This document shows, one piece after another, positions 1 to 14,859 of a DNA stretch of 64,000 nt; position 1 is the stretch's first letter, and every line of letters starts with the position of its first letter. The translations under genes and the position numbers were made by a program. Source of the stretch: the human T2T-CHM13v2.0 reference genome, Homo sapiens. The stretch lies in NCBI RefSeq assembly GCF_009914755.1, contig NC_060926.1; one strand, written 5' to 3'. The notes beneath the pieces were generated by a model, which did not search any database, had not been told where the DNA came from, and saw only the letters and a program-made list of their open reading frames with translations.

Positions 1-2995
1 TTCCTTAATTCCTGAAACACTAAGTATTCATTTTTTCATATTTCCTCATTATTATCCAAGGAAATGCATATTTTCCTAGTTACATTTCATATATTCTGCT
101 TCTTCTCCACAGTGGATCATAATTTTTTCTTAGTTTTTCTAAGTAGCTTTCAGATTTATAATTTTAATAACTAATAATTCTTATTTTAAGGCTGACAATG
201 TCTTCTACCTAATTTAAGACGAAGAGTCTTGTCTATTTATGTACAGTTAGAGAATAAATACAACTATAATATAGCTATGGATATTCATTGCTAAGACCAT
301 ATTGAAATAATGGAGATTCTTGATTATATTACTATAACCAAGGCTAAGTCCTGAATTTGGCAGCTCAAGTACTTTAAAATGGCTTTTTTGTTGTGCTAAA
401 TATTAAATTTAGACATAACTTTCTGGTGGATAGTAATCAGGTTAGATATATCTAGGATATAAGTGACTATCCATATTGTTAAATATAAGAAGGGAAAACA
501 TGCCTAAACATGTTTGTGGTTCACCCATCACTAATCTCCTTAACACTGAGTCCTGAGACTCCAGTGAGTGCTTTGAGGAATGTTTTGAGCATCAGTAGGC
601 CTTTGTACTTGACTCTTCAGCTAACTCTCTGGGTCGATGACAGCTGCTCTTGCAATTAGCCCTTCCCCTGACCTCATGGTCAACCACAATAGCCTTGGAG
701 ATTTCAGGAAGGGAAACTATTGCTTTTTAGGTATCTGGACAAGACCTGCATTTGTGCAAATTAATAGGGGAACTGTTTTCTGTGCTTTATTCTCCTTCTT
801 CTCTCTTGGTTACAAATTGTCCTCATTCATATGTGACAGGCACATCTGGTTACCTATTCTAATGGGTGCAGAAATGGATCTAACAGGAAGGGGAAGCCAT
901 ATAATACTCCCCAGGAATGTTTAAAAGAGGATTCTTCAGGCTTTCATGGAAAACAGGAGTTTTAAGGGGACATCCTAGGTAAGTTATTATATAAAAAGGA
1001 GAATTTGCTTGCATGACTTGTCTCTCTTATTTCTCTCTTAGAAGGTAGAAATATGTAGAATAAGATGATACTAGGATGTGTCAAGAGTATAAAAACACAA
1101 CATATGAAGCAGTTAAAATCTTTAACAAGTTACCGTGATAGGTTTATAATGAGCTAAATTCCCTTCCTTTTCCTTATCATCATTGAATCCTCCCCTTTTA
1201 TGAAAGGGTTGTAGGCCTTGAATGACCACTCTCTTCAGGCCTGTGTCTGCTGAGTCCAGAAGGCAGACTGCAGCTCAGAATCTAGGTTGGAGTCATCTGG
1301 GAACGGGGTAAGTGACCCCATGTCAATAAGCCCAGCTCCCTTTCCCCTTCGTGCTTTCCTTTCATTTCAAACAGGTAGAGTTGTCTGTAATTTGTGAGAA
1401 ATAGAGTTGAACTGGAGAAGATCAGTCAATGAGCATGCCCACAGAAACTTGTTACATAAGAAACCTAAGAATCAAGAGAGGAATTGGAACAATGAGAAAA
1501 TAACTGCCAGGAAAGGAGGTGCTAACAGCAGAGTAGACTGAGATATGGTTCTGGGAGTAGCAGGAGAAAGTCAAAGGGGAGATTGAAAGTGGAGCTGGAG
1601 AATAAGCCAGTGGTGAGCTCTTAGTGGAAATGATGGAGGCAGTCAAAATGGTGAACACATACTAAGGCACAATTCCATAGTAAAGCATTTTTTTCTAAGC
1701 CTTTTCAAGCGATGGTGACATGTAAAAACTTGACCAAACACATCAAGGAGAAGAGGAATGACAAAACTAACTCTAGTCCCAACTATCCTTTAGTCTCAAA
1801 GGAAGTAAAAAAAAGGAACGATTGTTTTCCAGAATGCCTATGGAAACAACATTCCAGAAATGCTGTTCACTTTCCTCTTGATCAGACTACCAGAGTCTTC
1901 CATAATTAAGAGGGTTACACAACTAACTTCCCCAATTATATTTTGTGTATTATGACAATCCTGCCTAAGTTGCTTTAGAGGAAAAAATAGAAATATAAGT
2001 TAATAAACATCAGGAAAATTGAATTGATAAAATAAGGACATTTTTACAGTACAGCCCAAATAATTCAATAATGTATTGTGATAAAAAAGATCACAGCAAA
2101 AACGTTCTTTAGAATAATAATTTTAATCTGCCCATTATAGTTGTCCCATTCTATATGAGAACGCTGAAAAATTAGAACATGTTTTTCATATTTACTCATT
2201 GAGCTGTTTTAGTTGTCAAAGCACAGAGAGAAATCTATGCCAGGAAGAATATGACTTAATTTTATTATCTTTTATTGGTGTGACAATGGGAGCTGCCACA
2301 CTACATAGAAAATGTTTCATAAATGTTTGTGAAATGAACTAAGTAAAAAAATAAAAGGAGTTGCAAAAATAAAGGGAGTTGTTGTTATTTAAATATCACA
2401 AACGACTTTCAAATAAAAGAAAATTTTAAAAATAGTTCTAAGAGGGGGCAAATGTCCCCACTGTGAGGTGCTTCAGAAGGAGATAGGAGTATAGGCTAGG
2501 AACAAGTCATTAAGGACAGTAGTCATTCCAGGAATTCCTGATGAAATTAGCATTTTTAAATATTTCCAGTAGAATTAAAATTTAAATTCTCCTGTGAAAC
2601 ATCATTTGGCAATAGGCGGAGAGGTTCTACCCATGGAGGTCAGGGAGCATTCCCAGAAGACAGGAAGAGCAGATAACTCTTTTATCTTGAGTCTCTCACA
2701 CACACTGCCAAGTTTTTGGCAGCTGCCTCTATTTAAGCTGCATCAGATCAGTGCCTGAGAGATTTTGGATTACTCTGAAGTTGCTGCTTTGACTGTATTA
2801 GTGATATTAAACCAATAAGACCATGGATTATTCAAATTGGCATCCTTGAATGATCTCAAAACCTTTTTAGCAGGGAAATTCTGAGTGCCAAGAAATTTGA
2901 GTTAATTAATGCTAACGGCATTGATCTTTAATAAAAATTTTCCTGTAACAAAAGTAATTGTTAATTTCTTTAAAATAGAGATGGAAGGTGTACAC

Positions 2996-3222
2996 CAGTG
3001 GGACTTACTGAAAGTCAATTTTTTTCCCATGACCCCAGGGGGCATGTGCCAGTGTCTGGAGACATTTTTGGTGTTACACCTGGGCAGGAAGTGGGCTATG
3101 GGCATCTAGTAAGTAGAGGCCAGGGATGCTGTTAAACATCCTGTAATGCTTACAGCAGCCCATTATCCCACAACAACGAATGATCAGTCCAAAATGTCTA
3201 TAGTGCTACTATTAAGAAACTG
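2996..3222. mobile_element. MER20 (hAT-Charlie MITE)
   Basis: CAGTG...AAACTG termini; diagnostic core 'tctggagacatttttgg...ggcatctagtaagtagaggccagggatgctgttaaacatcctgtaatgc'. Confidence 0.85.
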
Positions 3223-3930
3223 ATATAGAAGTATAAAGATAAATTATCATGTTATTTGAGGGAGCACCAGATTAAAGATACTTGGAGATTTTGATGTATA
3301 GTCATGAAAACTTCTTACATAGTACATTTCCCCTGTGTCTGAACTACTCCCTAATAATAAATTAGGCCTCTTATGATGCTGCATTAACTGTTTAAAACCA
3401 CTAGGGAGCTATCAGCATGTTACTACTGTGGTGTATTAAATACAGCCTTAGGGTATTTAGAAAGTTATTGGGATTTTCAAAGGTACGTAATTTACAAGTG
3501 AGCATTAAGAAAACCAACACTTGTGAAAGGGACATAAATGCACTTAAAAAGGAAGACATAAACAAGCCCAAATGTTCAGAGGACACAATCTTAGTTACGT
3601 GTGTGTTTGTGTGTTAAAGGGAAGGGAGTCATTAGTTAGGAATGGCTGGAGGTGAGTTTTGATCTGGGTTTTCAAGAAAAAGAAAATTATAGATTAGTTA
3701 GGAGTACATTCTAGCAATTCAGTAGCCTTTGTTAATGTAAAACAGAAAGTGGTTAAATGCTAATTCAATTTCCTAAAGGCTTTCAACAAATAGGAGTTGA
3801 AGAGAGATTAGTATCTACTGAGCAAAAACTATTTAAAATTAACACATCTTTTGATAAATTTTACATAGATTTTTATGATAACATTAATAAAATGTTCTGC
3901 ATACCTAGAGTATGATTGATGACTTTGAGC

Positions 3931-4027
3931 TATATGTGTATATATATATATACACACATATATATATACACATATATATATACACACATATATATACATA
4001 TATATATACACACACACATATATATAT
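3931..4027. repeat. Compound (TA)n/(CA)n microsatellite
   Basis: Directly visible alternating TA/CA runs. Confidence 0.95.
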
Positions 4028-4422
4028 AAAATAACATTTTACAACATCACAAATTTAGCTCACTAATTGCGTGGCGGGAGAAGTTGACTTAAATCTGTGT
4101 TGGTATTCTTTATTAAAAAGAATTGACAAGTTTAAAAGGGGGGTCTTTAACCATGGGTTTAAAATACAGTGGGAATAATTTTTATTTTTACTTTTGAGAG
4201 ATACTTCTGGAGAAAAGAAGAGATTATAGCTCTCCTTGTTAGACCTGTTTGTTCCCTGACCCTCTAGCAGGGTACTTTCTGCACATGCAAACAGAGATGG
4301 GAGGAAGACTTAGTCAAGTTTGAAATAGCCCAGGAGAAATAATAAAATAATATGGTTAAGAGCAGATATTTTATTTTCTAAATATGCTTTATACATTAAC
4401 TTTGGTAGCTATAATATTTCAT

Positions 4423-5186
<764 letters not shown>

Positions 5187-5330
5187 TTATCTTTTGGGAG
5201 GTCTTGAGGGGTGAAAACGATTTTGTAACAGAGTGGTTTTTAGAGAAACTTAAGAATTTTGGAATATTATGTCCTCTGCCCAAATCCGGCTAACCTTTGG
5301 CCTCCATGGTGGCTGGAACTCCAAAGACAA

Positions 5331-5866
5331 TGTGATGGTTAATAGAGTGTCAACTTGATTGGATTGAATCATGTGCAGTATTGTTCCTGGGTGTGTCTAT
5401 GAAGGTATTGCCAAAGGAGATTAATATTTGAGTCAGTGGACTGGGAGAGACCCACCCTCAATCAGAGTGGGCACCATCTAATCGGCTGCCATAATGGCTA
5501 GAATAAAGTGGCAAAAGAAGGTGGAAGGAGCAGACTTGCTGAGTCTTCTGGCCTTCATCTTTCTCCCATGCTGGATGCTTCCTGCTCTCGGACTCCAAGT
5601 TCTTCAGATTTTGGACTCTTGAACTTCTGTCAGTGGTTTACCAGGGGCTGTCAGTCCTTTGGTCACACACTAAAGGCTGCACTTTCAGATTCTCTACTTT
5701 TGAGGTTCTGGGACTCAGGACTGGCTTCCTTGCCCCTCAGCTTGCAGATGGCCTGTTGTAGGACTTCACTTTGTAATCATGTGCATCAATTCTCCTTAGT
5801 AAACTCCCTTTCATATATACATCTATTCTATTAGTTTCGTCCCTTTAGAGAGCCCTGACTAATACA
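5331..5866 (+). mobile_element. MLT2A (HERVL) solo LTR
   Basis: Starts TGTGATGGTTAAT...GTGTCAACTTGATTGGATTGAA and ends CTGACTAATACA; perfect 5-bp TSD GACAA on both sides. Confidence 0.9.
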
Positions 5867-6280
5867 GACAATATCATTACCAAAACAAGATTTCAACAGA
5901 CCTTTGATGGTTAATTTTACATGTCAACTTGACTAGGCTGGGGTACCCAAATATTTGGCCAAGCATTATTTTAGATGTTTCTGTGAAAGTATTTTTTAGA
6001 TGAGAATAACAGTTAAATGAGTAGACATTGAGCAAAGCAGATTACCCTCCATAATATGGGTTGATCTTATCTAATTGAGTTGAGGTCCTTAATAAAGCAA
6101 GGACTGATGTTCCTGGAGGAAAAGGGACTTTTGCACCAGACTGCCTCTGTACTCAAGGTGCAACTCTTCCTGGGCCTCCAGCCTTCCAGCCTACCTTACA
6201 GATTTTGGACATGTTTGCCTCCATGATCCTGTGAGACAACTCTTTAAAATATCTTTCTTTCTCTCTTTCTCTCTCTTTCA

Positions 6281-6602
6281 CTGGTGCCCTTCTCACAATG
6301 GTTCAACTTAACAATTTGTTTGGCTTTATGGTGGTACCCATACAACCATTCTGGCTTTTGCTTTTAAAATAATATTCAATAAATTACAGAAGATATTCAA
6401 CACTTTATTATAAAGTAGGCTTAGTGTTGGATAATTTTGCCCAACTGTAGGGTAATGTAAGTGTTCTGAGCACATTTAATATAAGTTAGGCTAAGCTAGG
6501 ATGTTTGGTAGGTTAGGTGTGTTAAATGCATTTTTGACTCACAATACATTCAACTTACAGTGGATTTATTGGGGTGTAATTCTATAAGTCAAGGAACATC
6601 TG
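6281..6602 (-). mobile_element. MER47A-like (TcMar-Tigger MITE)
   Basis: Minus strand begins CAGATGTTCCTTGACTTA with flanking TA; internal 'taggctaagctaggatgtttggtaggttaggtgt' and 'ttttgcccaactgtag' match MER47. Confidence 0.8.
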
Positions 6603-6605
6603 TAT

Positions 6606-6615
6606 ACACACACAT

Positions 6616-6658
<43 letters not shown>
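6606..6658. repeat. (CA)n microsatellite
   Basis: Directly visible. Confidence 0.95.
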
Positions 6659-6662
<4 letters not shown>

Positions 6663-7494
6663 ATTGCTTCTGTTTCTATGAATAACCCTAATATCGAACC
6701 AAAGACCACAGATCCAGACTACAGGGAATCTATATACTACTTTTCTTCACACTCTCTTTCCTTCCACAAATATTTGGTAGATGTTATTATGTAGAAGTTA
6801 CTGCAATAATGTCTGACTTATGATGCTGAGCAAGATCAGACATTATAAATGCTGATACAGAGCTACAGAATCTACACTAACCTAGCTAAAAATAGACTGT
6901 AAGGCAAGGAGAAATACAAGAGGTAAGGGGGGATATTTCATAATGACTAGAGTTAAAAACAGACATTTGGAATATATCATAAATGTAATTTGCATAATCC
7001 TGATACCAAAGCTTCAAAATATGTAAGTGAAACTGATAGAATAACAAAAGATTGGTAGATAAACCTACAAACACAGCGAAAGACTTTAACACACCTTTCA
7101 CACCAGTTGACAGGGCAGGCAGACATGAAATGAGCCACGATTTGGAAGATCTAAATAATTTACAAAGATCTGAAAATTAATAAAATTGGCCTCATTCTTG
7201 TAAATATGATTGTGCTCATATTCCTTTCATGAGCACATAGAACTACAAAAATCAATCATATAGTTAGTCATAAATTAAGCCTCAATTATTTTTCAAAATT
7301 CGGGATAATTTAGGGTATATTCTCTGATTATATTGGCAGTAAGCTGGAACTAAACAACTAGAAATCCCAAATCACCTAAACAGTAAATAAAACATTAAAC
7401 ATTACAATTCAAACATGAGTGAAAGAAGAAAACAAAATAAAAATAGGGATAATTTTAAAGGGAGTGGTACATCATTTCAAAAATGCAGCCAAAG

Positions 7495-7781
<287 letters not shown>

Positions 7782-9618
7782 AAAAATGCAGCCAAAGGAG
7801 TACTTAGAAAAAAGTACACTTGAAATGTACATATTACATAAAACGACTAAAATACTTAAGCCTCCATTTCAAGCCATGACAACAAAAATAGCAAATTAAG
7901 GGAAGAAAGTAAATTACAAAGATTAAAAAGAGAAATGAATTTAAAAATATAGAAAAAAATATACCGTTGAAGATTCAACAAAGCAAAAGTCTGTTTAAAA
8001 GATAACAAAACGGTAGCTCTTGAGGAAGATAGATTAAAATATAGAGAGATTTTCAATATCAGGAATAAAAGAGACTCTCATTACAGACACTGCAGACATC
8101 AAAATGTTATTAAGAATAAGAGTAGCAGTAATATGACAATTTGGATTAAGTTTTTAAAATTCTTTTAAAAAAAGACTTACCAAAACTCACAAAAAAGTTC
8201 TTGTAAGAAATTGAAACTTATTAAAAACGTCCTCACATAAATAATTCTGGGGTTATTTAGCTTCACTGATTCTTCCAAACGCGGTGGTAGAAATAACACT
8301 GATCTTGTGCACATTCATCCAAGAAATGAACAAGTGTTTAAGACATTCACACTGAAAACTCAAAACATTATTGGGAGAAATTTTTAAAGACATAAATAAA
8401 TAGAGACTATAATATGTTCATGGATTAGAAAACTCATCATTGTAAATATTTTTATTCTCCACAAATTTAACCTATGGATTTCATATCATACTAATAGAAA
8501 ATGGAAAAGTCTTCCTAAAATGCATATGGTGATGAAAAGTGCTGAAAATAACCAAGACTATTTTAAATGTCAAAGTTGGGAGACTAACAGTAAGAGATAG
8601 TAAGACTGAATCAGGCTGTAATTATAGCAGTTTTATACTGGTACAAGGAAAGACAAACTAATAGTACTGAATAGAGTCCACAAATCAATACACATGTGCA
8701 AACACATGATTTACACCAAAACAACACTAGAGTGGAATAGAAAAGATGGCCTTTTCAATGAGCAATGCTGGGTCAACTTGTTATCCACATGGATTAGTAA
8801 CGTGTGTCTTGGCTTCTATTTTGTATCATATACAAAATGCAACTCCAGATGGATTGCAGATCTAAATGTGGAAGGAGAAACAATAAAGCTTTTAGAGGAA
8901 AATACAGGAGGACATTCTTGTGACCTTGGTGTTGGCAATGATTTCATAAACAGGACACAAAAGGACCTAACTATAAACAAACAAAAAAGACAGATCAAAG
9001 ACAAATTTATTTTAACATCAAGAACTTGCGTTCATCAAAAGACATCACTGAGTAAAAATACAGCCCCAAAAGTAGTTGAAGTTATTCTCAATATGTGTAT
9101 CTGGCAATAAGTCACATCCAGAATACATAAACAATCCCAACAAATTAATAATAATAAAAAAGACAGACCATAGAATAAAAAAAGTCAAAAGACACTTGAA
9201 TAGACCCTTAAAAACAGAAGATATTAAATGACAAGTATATGATAAGGTGCTCATATTTATTAGTCATTAGGGAAATACCTATGAAAACCGTAATGTGATA
9301 AAACTGAATATCCATCATAATAACCAAAATGTAAAAGACATTTAATGCCAAGTGTTGACAAGGATGTGGAACAACTGGAACCCTATATACTATTCATGGG
9401 GGTGTAAGTGGTTTATCCTCTTTGTATCTTCTATAGATAAACACACATAGATCCTATTAAGATCCTATTATGTATGCAGCAGCTCCACTCCTAAGTGCAT
9501 ATGCAGAAGCAAGGAGTCCAGTCCCAAACTAGAAACAGCTCAAATGCCCATCAATTTTAATATGGATGAGGAAATTGCCATATATTCATACAGTGGAATT
9601 ATACAATAAGAATAAATA

Positions 9619-9921
<303 letters not shown>

Positions 9922-10281
9922 GAACAATACGCACCCACATAAAAAATATCAATGAATCTCACCAATAAAATACTGAATTTGAAAAAGTCAAATACAAAAG
10001 AGCACATGCTATAATGCTTCCAATTATTTACAAAGTGCAAAACAGGCAAAGATAATCTATGCTGGTAGAAGCCATGATAGTGGTTTAGCTGGTTTAGGAT
10101 CGTGTTTCAGGAGGGAAGGGGAGGCACTAAAAGGAAAGCAGCAGGAATGCTTCTGGGGTGTTGATAATGTTATGTTTCTTGAACTGAGTGCTGGCTACTA
10201 ATATGGGTTCCGTGTGTAAAAATTTACCAAGCCGTACATTTGTAATGTATTCATTTTTGTGTATGTATATTATACTTTTTA

Positions 10282-10439
10282 AGCATTAGGACAAATACCT
10301 AAGGCATGCAGGGCTTAAAGCCTAGATGATGGGTTGATAGGTGCAGCAAACCACCATGGCACATGTATACCTATTTAACAAACCTTCACATTCTGCACAT
10401 GTATCTCAGAACTTAAGGTAAAATAATAATAATAAAAAA
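10282..10439 (+). mobile_element. 5'-truncated L1PA (PA7/8-like) 3' end
   Basis: 'gcattaggacaaatacctaa...cctagatgatgggttgataggtgcagcaaaccaccatggcacatgtatacctat' followed by an A-rich tail. Confidence 0.9.
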
Positions 10440-10496
10440 GCAGTAAGCTTAAAAATCAGAAAAAAACACAAAAACAAAAACAAAACCAATAAACCT

Positions 10497-10670
10497 TGGC
10501 TCTGGAGGTCACAGTACTTGGGTCTATGTCCCACACTTACTAATTAAGTAATCTTGGGCAGGTTATTTACCTGTACTGTGCCTCACTCTTTATATGGAAG
10601 ATGGCCATAGAAGAGTACTTAGTTCCCAAGCTGTGAGGATCACCTAACGATGCATTTAAAACACGCAAAA
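10497..10670 (+). mobile_element. MIR fragment
   Basis: MIR core-like 'cacttacta...tcttgggcaggttatttacc...tgtgcctca'. Confidence 0.65.
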
Positions 10671-11311
10671 CACTTCTCAAAAAAAAAGTGACCACTCAAA
10701 TACTGGTTGTCAAAGAATGGCTCATAGGCAATTTAGCTAGAACTCAGCTGAAGTTTACTCACCTAAGAGGGAGTTCAATCATATGTAGACTGTCTCTCCG
10801 AAAGGTAGAATTTTAAAAGGCAAAATCTGCAGATGGACTATGAAATAGAAAATCTTATTTTATTTTCTCCTAGGGTAAATTGATTGACTAAAGTTACCAA
10901 GGAGGGCAATTTTCCCTTGAGCAGACTGGAAGAGTTATTGAGGAGAGAAGAGGAGGTCTTTGAAGGTTTTCCAGAACCTTCTGCTCTCTAGGTAGAAGAG
11001 TGATTGGTCCTTAAATGAGTGCCTCCTCCTTAAGCTAAGGCTACAGCTTCTCCGTCATTGTGATTCTCATTTTCCTCTTCTGGTCAACCTCAGCTTCCAA
11101 AGGAACTAAGGTGACCATGAGGACTTCTGTCTTAGAAATGGTGTAATCAGCTGCATGTCAGCTCAGGATAATGGCTGCGTAGCATCTTAAAGTAATTGCA
11201 AATCAAATAGTGGAGAAAGGCAAGAAATATGAATGACATTATAAGAAACATTTAGGACTTACTTGGTTTCAGTTTTTTGATTCACCTAGGCATAACCAAA
11301 AAAACAGTTCT

Positions 11312-11449
11312 GGCCAGGCATGGTGGCTCCCAGTGCTTTAGGAGGCCAAGGCAGGAGTATTGCTTGAGCCTAGGAGTTTGAAGTTACAGTGAGCTGTGAT
11401 CACACCACTGCACTTTGGCCTGGGAGGCAGAGCAAAACTCTGTCTCTAA
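11312..11449 (+). mobile_element. Alu monomer (FAM/FRAM-like or internally deleted AluJ)
   Basis: A single arm: left-arm-type start joined to a right-arm-type end 'gtgagctgtgatcacaccactgcact'. Confidence 0.8.
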
Positions 11450-11801
11450 GACTCATTTTGGCTGACTTTAGATAACCAGATGACTGTTCATCTTAATTAA
11501 TTGTTTTACTTCCTAAATTGCTTTCCCAGATGAAACAAGATATTTTAGTAATTACATAGGCTCCACATTTGATGGCCAGTCTCTATGGTTGTGGGCAACT
11601 TTTATTGCCTCGAACTACTTTAATTGGTTAATACATACTGCTGTATCAGGCCTCTAAAAGTTATCCTGTTTAATTTCTATCTGGACCAGAGTCAGGGATA
11701 AATTACAGAACACATTGTTTACTTGGGGAGATGCTAGACAACGTAGAATTTCTTACAAGCCAGTGAATTCCAGTATCTTAGACTTCTAAGAAATGAACGT
11801 A

Positions 11802-12194
11802 GGCCAGGCACGGTGGCTCATGCCTCTAATCCCAGCACTTTGGGAGGCCGAGGTGTGTGGATCACTTGAGGTCAGGAGTTCGAGACCAGCCTGGCCAACA
11901 AGGTGAAATCCTGTCTCTACTACAAATACAAAAATTAGCTGGGCATGGTGGTGGGTGCCTGTAATCCCAGCTACTCAGGAGGCTGAGGCAGAAAAATCAC
12001 TTGAACCCAAGAGACGGAGGTTGTAGTGAGCCAAGATGGAACCACTCCTCTCCAGCCTAGGTGACAGAGCAAGACTCCATCTCAAAAAAAAAAAAAAAAA
12101 GAAAGAAAAGGAGAAAAGAAAAGAAGAAGAAGAAGAAGAAGAAGAAGAAGAAGAAGAAGAAGAAGAAGAAGAAGAGAAAGAAAGAAAAAAATAG
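11802..12194 (+). mobile_element. AluSx/Sz with expanded purine-rich tail
   Basis: Full dimer; TSD AGAAATGAACGTA (11789-11801) / AGAAATGAATGTA (about 12195-12207). Confidence 0.95.
12121..12174 (+). repeat. (AAG)18 trinucleotide repeat
   Basis: 54 nt of uninterrupted AAG, counted directly. Confidence 0.95.
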
Positions 12195-12234
12195 AGAAAT
12201 GAATGTAGCTTTATCTGAATGAAATTCAAGCAAC

Positions 12235-12736
12235 CCTTTCTGGGCTGATGAACACATCCCTGTGCTGGGAAGATGGCAGGCTCCAACTCCACAGGGACAG
12301 AAGCTCCTGTGCTTGGGATCCTTCCTGACTTCATTCTGTATGTACTTCTTCATCTGGCCATTCATCCGTATTCTTCATAATAAATTGGAAAAATGTTTCC
12401 CTGAATTCTGTGAGCTGTCCTAGCAAGTTATCAAACCCAAGGAGGGACAGCCATGGGAGCCATTTATAGCCAGTCAGAAGAACAGGTCACAATTGCCACT
12501 TGTGTCATCTGAAGTGGTGGGCAGTCTTGAAGGGTGGAGCCTTTAACCTGTAGGACCCAATGCTATCTTCAGATAGTGACTGTCAGAATTTTAATTGAAT
12601 TATAGGACATCTAGTTGGTGTCCACTGCAGAACTGCTGCTTAGTAGGAAGAAACCCCAAACACCTGGTCACAGAAGTGTCCTGTGCTCTGTTAAGTGTGA
12701 GAGAAGGAAAAATTGTTTTTTTCTATCTCATACACA
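12235..12736 (+). mobile_element. MER21-family LTR, 3' part
   Basis: 'ctccacagggacagaagctcctgtgcttgggatccttcc...tgtttccctgaattctgtgagctgtcctagcaa...ttgaattataggacatctagttggtgtcc'. Confidence 0.8.
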
Positions 12737-13550
12737 GCCAGAGGGAAAAAATAATAAAACGTAAGAAAGAAAAGAAGAAAACATAAGACATTATTATTCT
12801 GATCATAGATTTTGATTCAATGGTCTTAGAAAGATGTCTACAACTGATATAGTCTTGACCCTCAGATACTTGATATAACTGTCTACTACTGGGCCAAAAC
12901 TCTTCTGAGGCATTTTAGTGAGCCTCAGAGCTAGATCTCCAGGTGAACTGAGTGTCCAGATTGTAAGATCTGCAGCATATTTATATTGGGAATGCTGGAT
13001 CCATGGGAGATATGTTGTAGAGTTGAAGAATTGGTTAATGTAATTGAAATGTTTCTTTCTAATGTGATGCCAAGGCTGACTTCAACTTGTGTCTTTTCAA
13101 TATAGCCAATCTCTCCAGGCTGTGTGTCAGATGGGGATGTGTCTGGTTGTATCACTTTTGGAAGGGCAGCTTATCCCTCTTGGGCATGAAGCAATGTACG
13201 TAACATTCATTTTTAATAATACCTAACAAAATCAGAATAAAACATGGTAGACTCTGACAAGTTCTTAAGTTGCCACTGCTGATAGAAAAAGCCAGTTTAC
13301 TAAACATAGTCCTTAATGCCTTGAGAATACTTGCCAGTGGTGCTTACGGCTGCAGCATTTACTCTGAGATAACTTTGCTATGATGGATCTCATTTTTATT
13401 ATTATTTTTGCATTGCTCTAATATATCGACTTTGGAAACAATAGACATCATTCTATTTATTCTGTGCTTAGTGGTGGTATTTCTATTTACAAAACATAGT
13501 AAATCTCAATCACTGAAAATGTCAAATCCTAGAAAATGTAGCATTCCTTT

Positions 13551-13692
13551 GGGGCATGGTGGCTCATGCCTGTAGTCCCAGCATTTTGGGAGGCTGAGGT
13601 GAGTGGATTGCTTGAGCCCAGGAGTTTGAGACCAGCCTGGACAACATAACAAGACCCCATCTCCTAAAGTAAATTAGTTAAATTTGCAAAAA
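13551..13692 (+). mobile_element. FLAM_C / Alu left monomer
   Basis: Single left arm plus degenerate tail; TSD AGAAAATGTAGCATTCCT / GAAAAATGTAGCATTTCT. Confidence 0.88.
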
Positions 13693-13903
13693 GAAAAATG
13701 TAGCATTTCTATATTATTACCTGATGTTAGCATCATTCTCAAAAAGTTGTTGGTCAAAGATTCATTTGATAAGTTCGAGTTTTCTGAAACAGATGATTCT
13801 GATGCTTCAGACAATTCTGATGTCAGTTCTGTTTAGAAATAACTCCAAGAACAGATTTATATTTTATTTTCACATTAAAAATCAGTCAGATTTGCTTCAG
13901 CCT

Positions 13904-14275
13904 TGTATTTTTCCATTCTCACGCTGCTATGAAGAAGTACCCAACACTGGGTAATTTATAAAGAAAACAGGTTTAATTGACACACAGTTCAGCATGGCTG
14001 GGGAGATCTCGGGAAACTTACAATCATGGCAGAAGGGGAAGAAAACATGTCCTTCTTCAAAAGGCAGCAGGAGAGAGAAGGGCTGAGCAAAGGGGGGGAA
14101 AAGCCACTTATAAAACCATCAAATCTCATGAGGACTCGCTATCATGAGAACAGCATGGAGGTAACTGCCCCCATGATTAAATTACCGTCTACCAGGTCCC
14201 TCCCACAACACATGGGGACTATGGGAACTACAATTCAAGATGAGATTTAGGTGAGGAAACAGCCAAACCATATCA
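13904..14275 (-). mobile_element. THE1D-like MaLR solo LTR
   Basis: tgtatt...ccaaaccatatca termini; TSD agcct/agact. Confidence 0.9.
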
Positions 14276-14306
14276 AGACTCAAAGAGCATGTTTATGTAA
14301 AATTAA

Positions 14307-14679
<373 letters not shown>

Positions 14680-14859
14680 TAATTTAAATAGCTGTTTCAC
14701 CACCACATGTCATGTGTATCCCAATCCTTGAATAGATGGATTTTTAGTGCCTTCAGTTTTCTAGACCAGAGAACTCATTCCAGACTTCTTCCATTTCCTC
14801 CATGTCTTGCTTTGGTGCCTGCTGTCCACTGCCAGTCCCAACCTCTCCACCAATAAGAA

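Larger units (their letters stand above)
5903..6695 (+). mobile_element. MLT2C/D-type solo LTR, interrupted by MER47
   Basis: 'tgatggttaattttacatgtcaacttgact...attttttagatgaga' 5' part, internal (CT)n/(CA)n tract, 3' end 'ctattgcttctgtttct...ccctaata'. Confidence 0.8.

Noticed and set aside
8694-9110. 138-aa ORF with protein-like sequence
   Set aside because: A degraded fragment of L1 ORF2 within a fossil L1; flanking frames are broken.
12931-13155. 74-aa minus-strand ORF in unique sequence
   Set aside because: GTG start, an in-frame stop just upstream, no recognisable homology and no convincing splice context.
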